A stretch of DNA of 64,000 nt from an uncultured Methylomirabilota bacterium (GCA_963705305.1 OY970067.1:2272001-2336000); one strand, 5' to 3'; shown: positions 9,765-19,848, counted from the first letter of the stretch. Made by a program: numbers and translations. Notes: generated by a model from the sequence alone, not told the origin.

Positions 9765-10445
9765 CTACGGGTGGTCCTGCGGGGCGGTCGGGTAGGGGGC
9801 GTGGCGGATGTTCTTGCCCTCAACGAGGTACACGGCCATCTCGGCGACGTTGGTGGCGTGGTCGGCGACCCGCTCCAGGTAGCGCGACACCAGGATCAGG
9901 CGGATGGCCCGGGTGATGGTCCGCGGATCCTCCATCATGAAGGTGAGGAGCTCCCGGAAGATCTGGTCCTTCAGGGCGTCCACCTTGTTGTCGGTCTCGA
10001 TCACCTCGAGCGCCAGAGCGACGTCCTTGCGCACGAAGGAATCCAGGCTGTCCCGCAGCATCTTCTGCGCCATCTGGCTCATGAGGGGGATGTCGATGTA
10101 GGGCTTGAGCTGGGGATCTTCGTTCAGCTCGAGGGCCCGCTGGGAGATGTTCACGGCCTGGTCGGCCATCCGCTCCAGGTCGGTGCTGATCTTCATGGCG
10201 GTGGTGATGAACCGCAGATCGATTGCCGCCGGTTGGTTGAGCGCCAGCAATCGGATGCAGTCCTCGTTGATCTCCACCTCCAAAGTGTCGGCCTTCTTGT
10301 CGGCGGCGATGGTCTCCTCGGCCAAGCGGGAGTCCCGATCCACCAGGGAAGTCACGGCCTGCTCGACCATGGTCTCGACCAGGCTGCCCAGCTTGAGCGT
10401 CTTCTGTCGAACGTCCTCCAACTCGTCGTGAAAATGGCGCGTCAT
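9765..10445 (-). CDS. phoU: Phosphate signalling protein PhoU
   Basis: QPAAIDLR, DLERMAD, LERVADHATNVAE. Confidence 0.95.
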   Translation of the reverse strand: MTRHFHDELEDVRQKTLKLGSLVETMVEQAVTSLVDRDSRLAEETIAADKKADTLEVEINEDCIRLLALNQPAAIDLRFITTAMKISTDLERMADQAVNISQRALELNEDPQLKPYIDIPLMSQMAQKMLRDSLDSFVRKDVALALEVIETDNKVDALKDQIFRELLTFMMEDPRTITRAIRLILVSRYLERVADHATNVAEMAVYLVEGKNIRHAPYPTAPQDHP

Positions 10446-10538
10446 CTCGTCCTCATTCTTGCGGGCGGCAGCCAGGGAGGTGGACAGCCTCGCGCGCGAG
10501 CAAGACACTCAAAGAGCCGCCGAGAACGATCACCCGCA

Positions 10539-11297
10539 TCATCCGAAGCGGCCGGTGATGTAATCCTCGGTCCGCCGATCCCGGGGATTCGTAAAGAGCT
10601 GTGAAGTCTTGTCGAATTCCACCAGCTCCCCCAGCAGGAAGTACGCCGTCATCTCGGATACCCGGGCCGCCTGCTGCATATTATGCGTAACGATGACGAT
10701 CGTCAAATCCTGTTTGAGCTGCAGGATCAACTCCTCGATCTTGGTCGTGGCGATGGGGTCCAGGGCCGAGCAGGGCTCGTCCATCAACAGGACCTCGGGC
10801 TTGACCGCCAGCGCCCGGGCGATGCACAGCCGCTGCTGCTGCCCACCCGAGAGGCTGGCGCCCGACTTCCCCAGCTGGTCCTTCACCTCGTCCCAGAGGG
10901 CCGCATGGTGCAGGGCCTGTTCGACCGTTTCCTGGATGACCCCGCGGTTCCGAACCCCGTCCAGACGGAGTCCGGCCGCCACATTGTCGAATACCGACAT
11001 CGTCGGGAACGGGTTCGGTTTCTGAAAGACCATGCCGATGCGCCGGCGGACGTGCACCGGATCGACAGTGGGCGCGTACAGGTCCTCTCCGTCCAGGATG
11101 ACCTGGCCTTGGGCTCGGGCACCCGGGACGACCTCGTGCATCCGGTTCAGGCATCGGATGAAGGTCGATTTGCCGCATCCCGACGGGCCGATGATCGCCG
11201 TCACGGCCAGGGGATCGACCGCCAGGTCGATCCCCTGGAGGACATGGACCTGGCCGAACCAGGCGTGGAGCTGTCGCACCCGAATGCCGTCCGCCAT
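10539..11297 (-). CDS. pstB: Phosphate ABC transporter ATP-binding protein
   Basis: [42 protein letters not shown]. Confidence 0.97.
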   Translation of the reverse strand: MADGIRVRQLHAWFGQVHVLQGIDLAVDPLAVTAIIGPSGCGKSTFIRCLNRMHEVVPGARAQGQVILDGEDLYAPTVDPVHVRRRIGMVFQKPNPFPTMSVFDNVAAGLRLDGVRNRGVIQETVEQALHHAALWDEVKDQLGKSGASLSGGQQQRLCIARALAVKPEVLLMDEPCSALDPIATTKIEELILQLKQDLTIVIVTHNMQQAARVSEMTAYFLLGELVEFDKTSQLFTNPRDRRTEDYITGRFG

Positions 11298-11299
11298 AC

Positions 11300-12142
11300 T
11301 TACCTCACGCCGCCGAAGCGACCCTTAGTCACCGTGCGGGCGACCAGGCTGGTCAAGAAGATCAAGGAGATCAGGACCAGCGCCCCCGCCCAGGCCTGCC
11401 GGTGCCAGTCGTCGTAGGGGGCGATGGCGTAGACGAAGATCTGGAGAGGCAGGGCGGCGATGGGCTGGTCCAGGCCGCTCTGCCAGTAGTGGTTCCCGAA
11501 GGCCGTGAAGAGCAGGGGGGCCGTCTCCCCCGCGATGCGGGCCAGCGCCACCATGACGCCCGTGATGATTCCGGATCGGGCGGTGGGCAGGACCACGCGC
11601 AGGATCACCTTCCACTGGGGAATGCCCAGCGCCAGGCCGGCCTCCCGCAGGGAGGCAGGCACCAGTCGCAGCAGCTCCTCCGTGGTCCGGAGAACGATGG
11701 GAAGCATGATGACCGCCAGCGCGAATCCGCCGGCCAGGGCGGAGAAGCGCCGCATGGGCAGGACCACGACCGTGTAGGCGAAGATGCCGATGACGATGGA
11801 CGGGACGCCGTTCAGGACGTCGGCGAGGAAGCGGATCGCCCCGGGAAGCTGCCGGTCGCGCGACTCGGCCAGATAGACGCCCCCCAGAATGCCGATCGGG
11901 AGGCCGAGGCAGGAGGCCAGGCCGACGAGGATCAAGGTGCCGACGATGGCATTGGCCATTCCCCCGCCAGGCTCGCCGACGGGTTTGGGCAGATGGATGA
12001 AGAAGGCCAGGTTGACTGCGGAGGCGCCCTGGTAGACGAGAAAGATCAGAATCAGGATCAGTGGCAGGACCACCGTGGCGGCAGACAGGGCCGCCAGCCA
12101 CTCCATCAGCATGCTGACCGCTGGCCGGATGTGACGATTCAC
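11300..12142 (-). CDS. pstA: Phosphate ABC transporter permease PstA
   Basis: [32 protein letters not shown] start overlapping the pstC stop. Confidence 0.94.
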   Translation of the reverse strand: MNRHIRPAVSMLMEWLAALSAATVVLPLILILIFLVYQGASAVNLAFFIHLPKPVGEPGGGMANAIVGTLILVGLASCLGLPIGILGGVYLAESRDRQLPGAIRFLADVLNGVPSIVIGIFAYTVVVLPMRRFSALAGGFALAVIMLPIVLRTTEELLRLVPASLREAGLALGIPQWKVILRVVLPTARSGIITGVMVALARIAGETAPLLFTAFGNHYWQSGLDQPIAALPLQIFVYAIAPYDDWHRQAWAGALVLISLIFLTSLVARTVTKGRFGGVR

Positions 12143-13137
12143 TCTCGGACCTCCCGGACGGTCCCGCCGACACTCCAAACCAGAAGGCGGGCCAGGGCAT
12201 TGATGATCACGGTCACGACCAGCAGTAGGAGCCCCACCTCGATCAGGGCCGACAGGTAGAGATCGGAGGTCGCCTCCGTGAACTCGTTGGCGATCATGCT
12301 GGCCATGGTGTAGCCGGGGGCAAAGAGCGAGGCGGAAATGTCCGGGCGGTTGCCAATGACCATGGTTACCGCCATGGTCTCGCCCAGGGCGCGTCCGAGG
12401 CCAAGCAGGACGGCCCCGATCAACCCGGATTTCCCGTAGCGAAGGACCGCCAGGCGTGTCGTCTCCCAGCGAGTCGCCCCCAAGGCCAACGCGGCCTCAC
12501 GCTGGGAATTCGGCACGGCCAACAGGACCTCTCGCGCCACCGCGACAATGTAGGGGAGGATCATGATGGCCAGGATGATGCCGGCTGCCAGCATCCCCAC
12601 CCCCAGCGGGGGACCCTGAAACAGGGGCAAAAACCCCAGGGTCTTCCCCAGGGCGGGCTCCACCCAGTTCCGGAGGAAGGGGGCCAGGACGAAGATGCCC
12701 CACAACCCGTACACGACGCTGGGAACGGCCGCGAGCAGCTCGACCAGAAACGCGATGGGAGACCGGATCCAGAACGGCGCCATCTCGGCAAGATACACCG
12801 AGGTGCCGATGCCCAGCGGGACCGCGATGCACAGCGCGAGGATGGACGAGAGGATTGTCCCATAGACGAGCGGCAAAGCCCCGAACTCTTCCGTGACGGG
12901 GTTCCAAATCGAAGTGACCATGAAATGCCAGCCGAAGGTCCGGATCGCCGGGAAGGCCCTCTGGGTCATCACGACGACCATGGCCACGACGGTAATCAGG
13001 AGGGACAGGGCGGCGGCGCGCAGGATGAATCGAAAGAGCCCATCGCCCCAGGCCGCTTTTGGCCGGCCGGCACTTGCGACGTGCGGGAGGGACAGCCCGT
13101 TGGCCGTCCCTCCCTCCGGGATGGCGGACTTGGACAT
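12139..13137 (-). CDS. pstC: Phosphate ABC transporter permease PstC
   Basis: FGALPLVYGT, VPSVVYGLWG, LGRALGETMAVTMVIGN. Confidence 0.95.
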   Translation of the reverse strand: MSKSAIPEGGTANGLSLPHVASAGRPKAAWGDGLFRFILRAAALSLLITVVAMVVVMTQRAFPAIRTFGWHFMVTSIWNPVTEEFGALPLVYGTILSSILALCIAVPLGIGTSVYLAEMAPFWIRSPIAFLVELLAAVPSVVYGLWGIFVLAPFLRNWVEPALGKTLGFLPLFQGPPLGVGMLAAGIILAIMILPYIVAVAREVLLAVPNSQREAALALGATRWETTRLAVLRYGKSGLIGAVLLGLGRALGETMAVTMVIGNRPDISASLFAPGYTMASMIANEFTEATSDLYLSALIEVGLLLLVVTVIINALARLLVWSVGGTVREVRE

Positions 13138-13140
13138 CGT

Positions 13141-14229
13141 TTACCGTGCTTCCAGAAGCGGCTTTCCCTGATAGGTGATGGATTTGATCAGCCCTTCGTC
13201 GATCTTCACGACCTGCGGGGGGAGCGAGGCGTACAGGAGGTCCGATGCGAACCGCTCTCCGTCGTGGATCGCCCACCAGAGGAAGTTCACGAGCGCCTTG
13301 CCCTTCTCCATGTTGACCTGTTCCTTCGGGATCAGCAGATATGTGAAGCCCGCGATCGGGTACGTGGTGTGCCCGGGGGCATACGAGATCGACACACGCA
13401 CATCGTGCAGCTTGGCCATCTCGGCGGCGCCGCCGGCCGCCGCCGCGGTCGTCGCCGCCAGGCTGGGCGCGACCCACCGGCCGTCGCGGTTCTTGACCTC
13501 GGCATAAGTGAGCTTATTCTGGATCACATAGGCCAGCTCGACGTACCCCACGGCTCCCGGGGTCTGCTTGACCAGGCCGGCCACGCCCTCGTTGCCCTTG
13601 CCGCCGATGCCCGCCGGCCAGCTCACGCTGGTGCTGTGCCCCACCTTCTTGGCCCACTCGGGGCTGACGAGGGAAAGGAACGAGGTGAAGTGGAAGGTCG
13701 TGCCGCTCCCGTCAGAGCGATGCACCACCGTGATGGCGGAATCGGGAAGATTCAGCTTCGGGTTGTTGGCCGTGATCCGCGGATCGTTCCACTTGGTGAG
13801 GGTTCCCAGATAGATATCGGCGATGTTCTCGGGAGTCAGGCGAAGCCCGCCGCCGACTCCGGGGATGTTATAGCTGATCGCAATCGAGCCCGCAACGGTT
13901 GGGATCAAGAGGATCGGCCGCCCCATATCGGCGAGCTGCTGATCGGAGAGCGGAGCGTCCGAGGCCCCGAAATCCACCGTCTGCTTGCGCGTCTGCTCGA
14001 TGCCGCCGCCGCTGCCGATGGACTGGTAATTGAAGCGGACGCTCGGATCCACTTTGGTGTACTCGTCGAACCACTTTGAATAGATGGGGTAGGGGAACGT
14101 CGCCCCGGCACCGTTCATCAAGATCTGTGCCGAGGCCGGGCTGCCTCCCATGGCCAGGGGAAGCAAGGCGAGGCCTCCCACGACCAGAATCATCTTGAGA
14201 CGACTCCACACAACTGAAGCCTTGGACAT
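13141..14229 (-). CDS. pstS: Phosphate ABC transporter substrate-binding protein PstS
   Basis: GAGATFPYP, YQSIGSGGG, DFGASD, HRSDGSGTT, GKGNEGV. Confidence 0.97.
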   Translation of the reverse strand: MSKASVVWSRLKMILVVGGLALLPLAMGGSPASAQILMNGAGATFPYPIYSKWFDEYTKVDPSVRFNYQSIGSGGGIEQTRKQTVDFGASDAPLSDQQLADMGRPILLIPTVAGSIAISYNIPGVGGGLRLTPENIADIYLGTLTKWNDPRITANNPKLNLPDSAITVVHRSDGSGTTFHFTSFLSLVSPEWAKKVGHSTSVSWPAGIGGKGNEGVAGLVKQTPGAVGYVELAYVIQNKLTYAEVKNRDGRWVAPSLAATTAAAAGGAAEMAKLHDVRVSISYAPGHTTYPIAGFTYLLIPKEQVNMEKGKALVNFLWWAIHDGERFASDLLYASLPPQVVKIDEGLIKSITYQGKPLLEAR

Positions 14230-14248
14230 GGTCTGCGCTCCTTTTTTG

Positions 14249-14302
14249 AGTGTCTCCTGCGCTGGTTACAGGCTGGTTACGAGATTGTTACAACCTTGTA
14301 AG
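14249..14302 (-). promoter_or_regulatory. Pho-box-type promoter of pstSCAB-phoU
   Basis: On the minus strand CTTACA/GTAACA/GTAACC/GTAACC, four repeats at an 11-nt period, then a 9-nt spacer and -10-like GACACT. Confidence 0.75.
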
Positions 14303-14463
14303 AATTCCGGTTCGCCTGCCATACCGTCATGGGAGCAGCGCGAGACCGGTCACCGGCACTTCCAGCCGGTTGTGGGTGCAGCGAAAGCAGAAAACAGCCA
14401 TCCCCACAATCTCTCGGCCTGCCTATCGCAGCCAAGGGGGAATGGCCCCTAATGGCATACCGT

Positions 14464-14727
14464 TCACAGGGAATGCGTAATAACCTGGGTTCCGAGGAAG
14501 ACGATGGCCAGCAAGATGAGGCCCACGGCAAAGGCCGCGAGCCAGAGCCCAACATCCTTGTCCGCACGATACTCCGGCGCTCCCGTTCCGGCCGGACGGG
14601 CCAGCCTGGCCCTGCGGCGCCGGCCGATCCAGTACACCGAAGCCAGGTACGCCGTGACCCACACGAGGAACAGGCAGGCTTGAATGATTGGTTTCAGCCC
14701 CGTGATGACAGCCGCCGTCGTGTGCAT
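14464..14727 (-). CDS. Small membrane protein with two predicted TM helices, unknown function
   Basis: Two hydrophobic segments separated by an Arg-rich loop; preceded by a Pho-box-like promoter. Confidence 0.6.
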   Translation of the reverse strand: MHTTAAVITGLKPIIQACLFLVWVTAYLASVYWIGRRRRARLARPAGTGAPEYRADKDVGLWLAAFAVGLILLAIVFLGTQVITHSL

Positions 14728-14736
14728 GACACCAGG

Positions 14737-14779
14737 AATATCATCCGGAATTGTTACGGCACGATGACGAGCAGATGAA
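14737..14779 (-). promoter_or_regulatory. Pho-box-type promoter of the small membrane protein
   Basis: Minus strand TTCATC/GTCATC/GTAACA at an 11-nt period, 9-nt spacer, -10-like GATATT. Confidence 0.65.
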
Positions 14780-14806
14780 TTCTCGTACGCCGCCGGGACG
14801 GGAAGT

Positions 14807-15211
14807 TCAGGCAGCTACGGCACGCCGATGCAGGAATTCCTCCAGGATTCCAGGGGCCGGGTGCCGGAATGACCGGACCGGCGGCAGCGTGGGCTCCACC
14901 TGCCCGCCCTTCACCAGATACCCATCCGCGCCGGCCCGATAGGCCGTCTCCCCTTTGAGGGTCAGCAAGACGATCCGGACATTGCGCATGTCCGGGGACC
15001 GCTTCAGCCGCCGGCAGATCTCCCAGCCGTCGAGCTGGGGTAGATCCGGATCCAAGAGGACGAGGTCAGGCCGGCGCATCCTCGCCTGGTACAGGGCATC
15101 CACTCCCGTGCGTGCCCGCAGGACCCGGTATCCTTCCGCCTCCAACAGCCGGGCCATGGAATGGACCCAAGTCTGATCTTCATCTGCGATGAGGATCGTC
15201 GCATCCCGCAT
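14807..15211 (-). CDS. Single-domain response regulator receiver
   Basis: ILIADED, PDLVLLD, LPQLDG, LLT, GADGYLVK; no output domain. Confidence 0.85.
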   Translation of the reverse strand: MRDATILIADEDQTWVHSMARLLEAEGYRVLRARTGVDALYQARMRRPDLVLLDPDLPQLDGWEICRRLKRSPDMRNVRIVLLTLKGETAYRAGADGYLVKGGQVEPTLPPVRSFRHPAPGILEEFLHRRAVAA

Positions 15212-15617
15212 GATCCGTTTCCCTCCCTCCCGCGTTCGCGTTATTCGGCTCCGTGCGATCCATTGCAGCGCGAGCCCGGCGGACCACCTCCTTCACGCTG
15301 CAGGGCTTGGCGACAAAGTCGGCAGCCCCCTGGCTCAGAACGGCTAGCCGGGATGTGGCGTCCGCGAGTGCGGATACGACCACCACCGGGATATTCCTGG
15401 TCGCCGGGTCGGCCTTCAGGACGCGCAGGACCTCTCGGCCGTCCAGCCGAGGCAACAGCAGATCGAGCAGGATGAGGTCGGGATGGCGAGCCTGCACGGC
15501 GTGAAGCCCCGCCATGCCGTCCGGCGCCGTTGCGACCGAGAAGCCCGTGCTGGCAAAGGAATACGCCAGGAGGCTGGCGACATCCGGCTCGTCCTCGATC
15601 ACGATGAGGTGTGGCAT
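15180..15617 (-). CDS. Single-domain response regulator receiver
   Basis: IVIEDE, PDLILLDLLLPRLDG, VVVSA, GAADFVAKP; no output domain. Confidence 0.87.
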   Translation of the reverse strand: MPHLIVIEDEPDVASLLAYSFASTGFSVATAPDGMAGLHAVQARHPDLILLDLLLPRLDGREVLRVLKADPATRNIPVVVVSALADATSRLAVLSQGAADFVAKPCSVKEVVRRARAAMDRTEPNNANAGGRETDHAGCDDPHRR

Positions 15618-15756
15618 GCTCCCCCGCCACTCAAAGGGCTAACACCAATCCGAGAACATCTCACCGCCAAGCGTTGCGTCAAATATGCCCTCCCCCTTGG
15701 AGTCCGGAGCCTTGGCGCCATGGCGGTTCAACACTACCCGGCTCTCTTTGGGGAGG

Positions 15757-15799
15757 AAGATGAGGTACGGGGATGACAGGGGAATGACCGCGATGTGAA
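15757..15799 (-). promoter_or_regulatory. Pho-box-type promoter upstream of the receiver pair
   Basis: Minus strand TTCACA/GTCATT/GTCATC at an 11-nt period, 9-nt spacer, -10-like CATCTT. Confidence 0.6.
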
Positions 15800-15825
15800 T
15801 TCTGCGCAAAAAGGGGGCGAAGCGG

Positions 15826-17628
15826 CTAGGAAGGCGAGGCGGCGTCCGCGGTGGTGGACGGCAGGGTCACGTACACGCGGGTGCCCCGTCCCAGCTCGCT
15901 CTCGATGCGGAGGGTCCCCTCGTGCACCTGGACCAGATGCTTCACGATGGCCAGGCCGAGACCGGTTCCACCCAGCTCCCGGGATCGTGCCTTGTCCACG
16001 CGGTAGAATCGTTCGGTGACGCGCGGGAGATCCTTGTGCGGGATCCCGATGCCGGTGTCCTCCACGAGGATCTCAACGGCGGGGCGGGTCGTCCCCGCGG
16101 GAGCGGCCTCCAGCTCGGCCGGTTTTGCACGGAGCGTCACCCGCCCTCCCTCGGGCGTGTACTTGACCGAATTGTCCAGCAGGTTGACCAGCACCTGCAT
16201 TAACCGGTCGCGATCCGCCAGGACCGCCGGAAGCGGCTCGGGGATATCGCCGGAAAGGCTGATCGATTTCTGCTCGGCCTGCGGGGCCAGGGCGGCCACG
16301 GCATGCCGTGCCACGTCCGCCAGGTCGATCGGCCGGATTTGCAACGGCGCTCGCTCCAGCTCGATGTTGGACAGGTCCAGCAGCTCGTTCAGCAGGCGAC
16401 CCAGCCGCTCCGCGTGCCGGAGGATGACCTCCAAAAACTTCTGAACTTCCCCCCCGTTCCCCGCCCCGCTGTCGAGCAGGGTCTCGGCATATCCCCGGAT
16501 GGCGGTGAGCGGGGTTCGAAGCTCGTGCGAGACGTTCAGGACGAACTCCATCCGCACCTCTTCCAGACGCTTGAGCTCGGTGATGTCGCGCAGCGCCACG
16601 ACCGTTCCCTGGTGGAGGCCGGCGGCATCCCGGATGGCCACGGCGGTCCCGGCCAGGATGCGCCGGCGGGGATAAACGAGCGTGATCTCGGCTCTGGCCC
16701 CCTCTTGCCGCCGGCCGGCGGCCTTGAGCAGATCGTCCAGCTCGTGGCTGCGCACCGCCTCCAGGGCCAGGCGCCCGAGAGCCTGATCCCGCCGCAGGCC
16801 GAGCAGGGCCTCGGCGGCGGGATTCACGAGGGAGATCTTTCCGCGGGCATCCAGTACCAACAGGCCCTCCCCCATACTCTCCATGATCGTGCGCGCGCGC
16901 TGGCCTTCCTCCTCCAGCTGGCGGAGGGTCTCCTGCAGGTCCGCCGCCATGGTGTTCAAGGCATCGGCCAGATCGCCGATCTCGTCCCGTGAGAGGCGCG
17001 GGAGCCGGGGGGCCCTCTCGCCGCGAGCAGTCGTCTGGGCGAAGCCGACCATCTGGCGGAGCTGCCGGGCGATGCCCCTCACCGACAACAGCGCGATGCC
17101 GCTGGCCAGGACCAGCGAGATAAGGCCGACCAGCAGAAAGTCGTCGCGGAACTGGCCGAAAGCGGGCGAGACCTCTGCCAGGGGAACGGAGAGGCGCAGG
17201 ATCAGCCGCTGGTTGCCCACCGATACCGCCTGGGCATAGTACAGGAGATCCCGGTGAATGGTGTGGCTGTAACGGAGCGCGTAGCCGCTGCCCTTGGCCA
17301 GGGCGGCGACAACCTCGGGCCGGCCGGCGTGATTTTCCATCCGGACGGACGCTTCGTCGGAGTCGCCCAGCACCCGCCCGTCCGTGGCGATCAGCGTCAC
17401 CCGGTCCTTGGTGCGCTGCTTCACGCCCGTGGCCCAGGCGTCGTTGAGGAGGGATGGGTCCGGCAGATCGGGGGTGAGGAGGGCGGCCTGAGCCTCCAAG
17501 CGGACCACGGTCTGATCGACGATGGCCGCTCGCTCTCGCCGCTCGAGGTACACCCCCACCACGGCCAGGCTGAACGCGATCAGCAGGCTGATGGTTAGGA
17601 CCGACTTGCCGACGATCGTGATTCGCAC
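15826..17628 (-). CDS. phoR: Phosphate regulon sensor histidine kinase PhoR (TM-Cache-HAMP-PAS-HisKA-HATPase)
   Basis: MENHAGRPEV, NVSHELRTPLTAIRGYAETL, ERFYRVDKARSRELGGTGLGLAIVKH. Confidence 0.93.
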   Translation of the reverse strand: MRITIVGKSVLTISLLIAFSLAVVGVYLERRERAAIVDQTVVRLEAQAALLTPDLPDPSLLNDAWATGVKQRTKDRVTLIATDGRVLGDSDEASVRMENHAGRPEVVAALAKGSGYALRYSHTIHRDLLYYAQAVSVGNQRLILRLSVPLAEVSPAFGQFRDDFLLVGLISLVLASGIALLSVRGIARQLRQMVGFAQTTARGERAPRLPRLSRDEIGDLADALNTMAADLQETLRQLEEEGQRARTIMESMGEGLLVLDARGKISLVNPAAEALLGLRRDQALGRLALEAVRSHELDDLLKAAGRRQEGARAEITLVYPRRRILAGTAVAIRDAAGLHQGTVVALRDITELKRLEEVRMEFVLNVSHELRTPLTAIRGYAETLLDSGAGNGGEVQKFLEVILRHAERLGRLLNELLDLSNIELERAPLQIRPIDLADVARHAVAALAPQAEQKSISLSGDIPEPLPAVLADRDRLMQVLVNLLDNSVKYTPEGGRVTLRAKPAELEAAPAGTTRPAVEILVEDTGIGIPHKDLPRVTERFYRVDKARSRELGGTGLGLAIVKHLVQVHEGTLRIESELGRGTRVYVTLPSTTADAASPS

Positions 17629-17680
17629 GTCAGGGCGACTGGCGCCGAGGACCGCCCGGGCGGCAGCGGGACGGACGCGG

Positions 17681-18379
17681 TCACTCGGCGTCGTCGCGGA
17701 ACTTGTACCCCAGCCCCCGCACGGTCAGGATCAGGGTGGGCTTTCGGGGATTGTCCTCGACCTTTTCACGGAGGCGTCGGATGTGAACGTCCACCGTGCG
17801 AGGCTCGACAAACCGATCCTGTCCCCACACCTGGTCCAAGAGCTGGGTCCGGCTATATACGCGGCCGCGATGGCGGAGAAAGAACTCCAGGAGGCGAAAT
17901 TCCATGGCCGAGAGGGAGACCGGTCGCTCGCGTTTGGTCGCTTCGTGCCGGAGGGGGTCCAGACGGAGTCCGGCCGCAGCCACGGGGCTCTCGCTGGCCG
18001 CGGCGGGCGGGGTCATGCGGCGGAGGACCGCCTTGACCCGGGCCACCAGCTCGCGCGGGCTGAAAGGCTTGGGGACGTAGTCGTCCGCGCCGATCTCGAG
18101 CCCGATGATCCGGTCGACCTCCTCGGCCTTGGCCGTCAACATGATGATGGGGATGTTCTGCGTGGCCGCGTTTCCCCGAAGCCGGCGGCAAACTTCCAGG
18201 CCGTCCAGTCCGGGCAGCATGAGATCGAGAATGACCAGGGATGGGTGGTCCCGGGCAATGAGATCGAGCGCCTGCTTGCCATCCTCGACGACGCGGGCGC
18301 TGAGCCCCGCCTTCTCGAGGTGGAATTTGACCAGGTCCGCGATGTCCCGCTCGTCCTCGATGACTAGGATCGTTTCCAT
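17681..18379 (-). CDS. phoB: OmpR-family response regulator PhoB/PhoP
   Basis: Receiver plus winged helix: EFRLL, RTVDVHIRRLREK, TVRGLGY; adjacent to phoR and pst. Confidence 0.92.
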   Translation of the reverse strand: METILVIEDERDIADLVKFHLEKAGLSARVVEDGKQALDLIARDHPSLVILDLMLPGLDGLEVCRRLRGNAATQNIPIIMLTAKAEEVDRIIGLEIGADDYVPKPFSPRELVARVKAVLRRMTPPAAASESPVAAAGLRLDPLRHEATKRERPVSLSAMEFRLLEFFLRHRGRVYSRTQLLDQVWGQDRFVEPRTVDVHIRRLREKVEDNPRKPTLILTVRGLGYKFRDDAE

Positions 18380-18499
18380 GCGCAGCCTCTCGTTCCGCCG
18401 CGGGCGCAATACCCGCCATGATAGGCAGTTCCGGACACCCGGGGCAAGCGGTTTCCGTGTCGGGCGGTCTGATATCACAGGCATATTACAAGTTGATGA

Positions 18500-18821
18500 C
18501 AGGCCCGCCGGGAAGAATCTTTGGAGGGCTGGGAACGGCCGGGCCAAGGTCCTGGAGATGATCGAGGAGCTGGGGTTGCTGCGAAAGGCGGCCGGCTGGC
18601 TCGGCATGTCGTACCGGTATACCTGGGGTTATCCTCGGGAGCTTGAGGAGGATGCGGGCTTTCGGATCCCGGCGCGGCAGACAGGCGGTGGACCCCCGAG
18701 CGGCATGCGAATCACGCCAAGGGTGTGGGAGTTTTTGAATCGGTACTGGCTCTTGCACCGGAGGGTCGATTCGGAAGTCGGCCAGCAGTTTGCCCGCGTC
18801 TTCCGCGAGCAGGGATCGTGA
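18500..18821 (+). pseudogene. ModE-like winged-helix regulator, apparently degenerate
   Basis: GRAKVLEMIEELG.LRKAA..LGMSYRYTWG..RELE...RQTGG...G.RITP matches the ModE N-terminal domain; no clear start or RBS; prolines at helix positions. Confidence 0.6.
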
Positions 18822-18841
18822 GCCAGTGTTTTTTCGCGGGC

Positions 18842-18875
18842 TTGACTATGCTAGGATAAGCATATAAGTATATGC
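18842..18875 (+). promoter_or_regulatory. tupA promoter with palindromic operator (ModE-box-like)
   Basis: TTGACT at 18842; inverted repeats TATGCT-N6-AGCATA (18847-18864) and GCATATA-AG-TATATGC (18860-18875). Confidence 0.55.
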
Positions 18876-18978
18876 GACCATCCCCGATCGCCCGCGGACT
18901 GTGGGATGGGCAGACCGGATGGCGCTGGATTCCATGCATACCCGAGGCTCTGTTTCCACACATCCAAAGGAGGACTCG

Positions 18979-19848
18979 ATGACACGGAAATCCTTTTTGC
19001 AGTCTTGGAGGTCTGCCTGGGCGGTGATCGGCCTCGCCCTGTTGCTCGCAGGCTTCGGCATGTCCGGCCCGGCCTCGGCCGGTCAGGCCGTCATCCTGTC
19101 CACGACGACCAGCACGCAAGACTCGGGCCTGCTGGACGTTCTGGTGCCCATGTTCGAGAAGCAGACCGGGTACACGGTGAAGACCATTGCGGTGGGCACG
19201 GGGAACGCCCTGGCCCTGGCCGCCAAAGGCGAGGCGGATGTGTGCCTGGTTCATGCCCCGGCCGTGGAAAAGAAATATGTGGCTGACGGCCTGCTTCTCA
19301 ACCGGCGGCTGGTCATGCACAACGACTTCCTGATCGTGGGGCCGGCCGCCGATCCGGCCAAGATCAAGGGGCTGAAGAGCGCGGCGGAGGCGATGAAGAG
19401 GATTGACGAGGCCAAGGCCACGTTCGTCTCGCGGGGGGACAACTCCGGCACGCACTCGCGGGAGAAGGAGCTCTGGAAGGCGGCGGGGGTGAGTCCATCC
19501 GGCGGCTGGTATCTCCAATCGGGGCAAGGCATGGGGGCCACACTGGTGATCGCCTCTGAGAAACGGGCCTACACCCTGTCGGATCGGGCAACATACCTGG
19601 CCTTTCAGAAGCGCGTAGAGCTGGCACCAATGGTGGAGGGGGACAAGATCCTCCTCAACATCTACTCGGTCATGCTGCCGAATGCCCAAAAATTCCCGCG
19701 GGTCAATGTGGCGGGCGGGGAAGCGTTCGCCGATTTCATGCTGGCGAAGAAGACCCAGGAAGTCATCCGGACCTTCGGCGTGGACAAGTACGGGCAGTCG
19801 CTGTTCTTCCCCGACGCGGGCAAGCAGGAAGAGGGCCTGGGGGAATGA
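18979..19848 (+). CDS. tupA: Tungstate ABC transporter substrate-binding protein TupA
   Basis: TTTS signature (STTTSTQDSGLL), AVGTG, VHAP, SRGDNSGTH, GQGMG, YTLSDRAT. Confidence 0.93.
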   Translation: MTRKSFLQSWRSAWAVIGLALLLAGFGMSGPASAGQAVILSTTTSTQDSGLLDVLVPMFEKQTGYTVKTIAVGTGNALALAAKGEADVCLVHAPAVEKKYVADGLLLNRRLVMHNDFLIVGPAADPAKIKGLKSAAEAMKRIDEAKATFVSRGDNSGTHSREKELWKAAGVSPSGGWYLQSGQGMGATLVIASEKRAYTLSDRATYLAFQKRVELAPMVEGDKILLNIYSVMLPNAQKFPRVNVAGGEAFADFMLAKKTQEVIRTFGVDKYGQSLFFPDAGKQEEGLGE

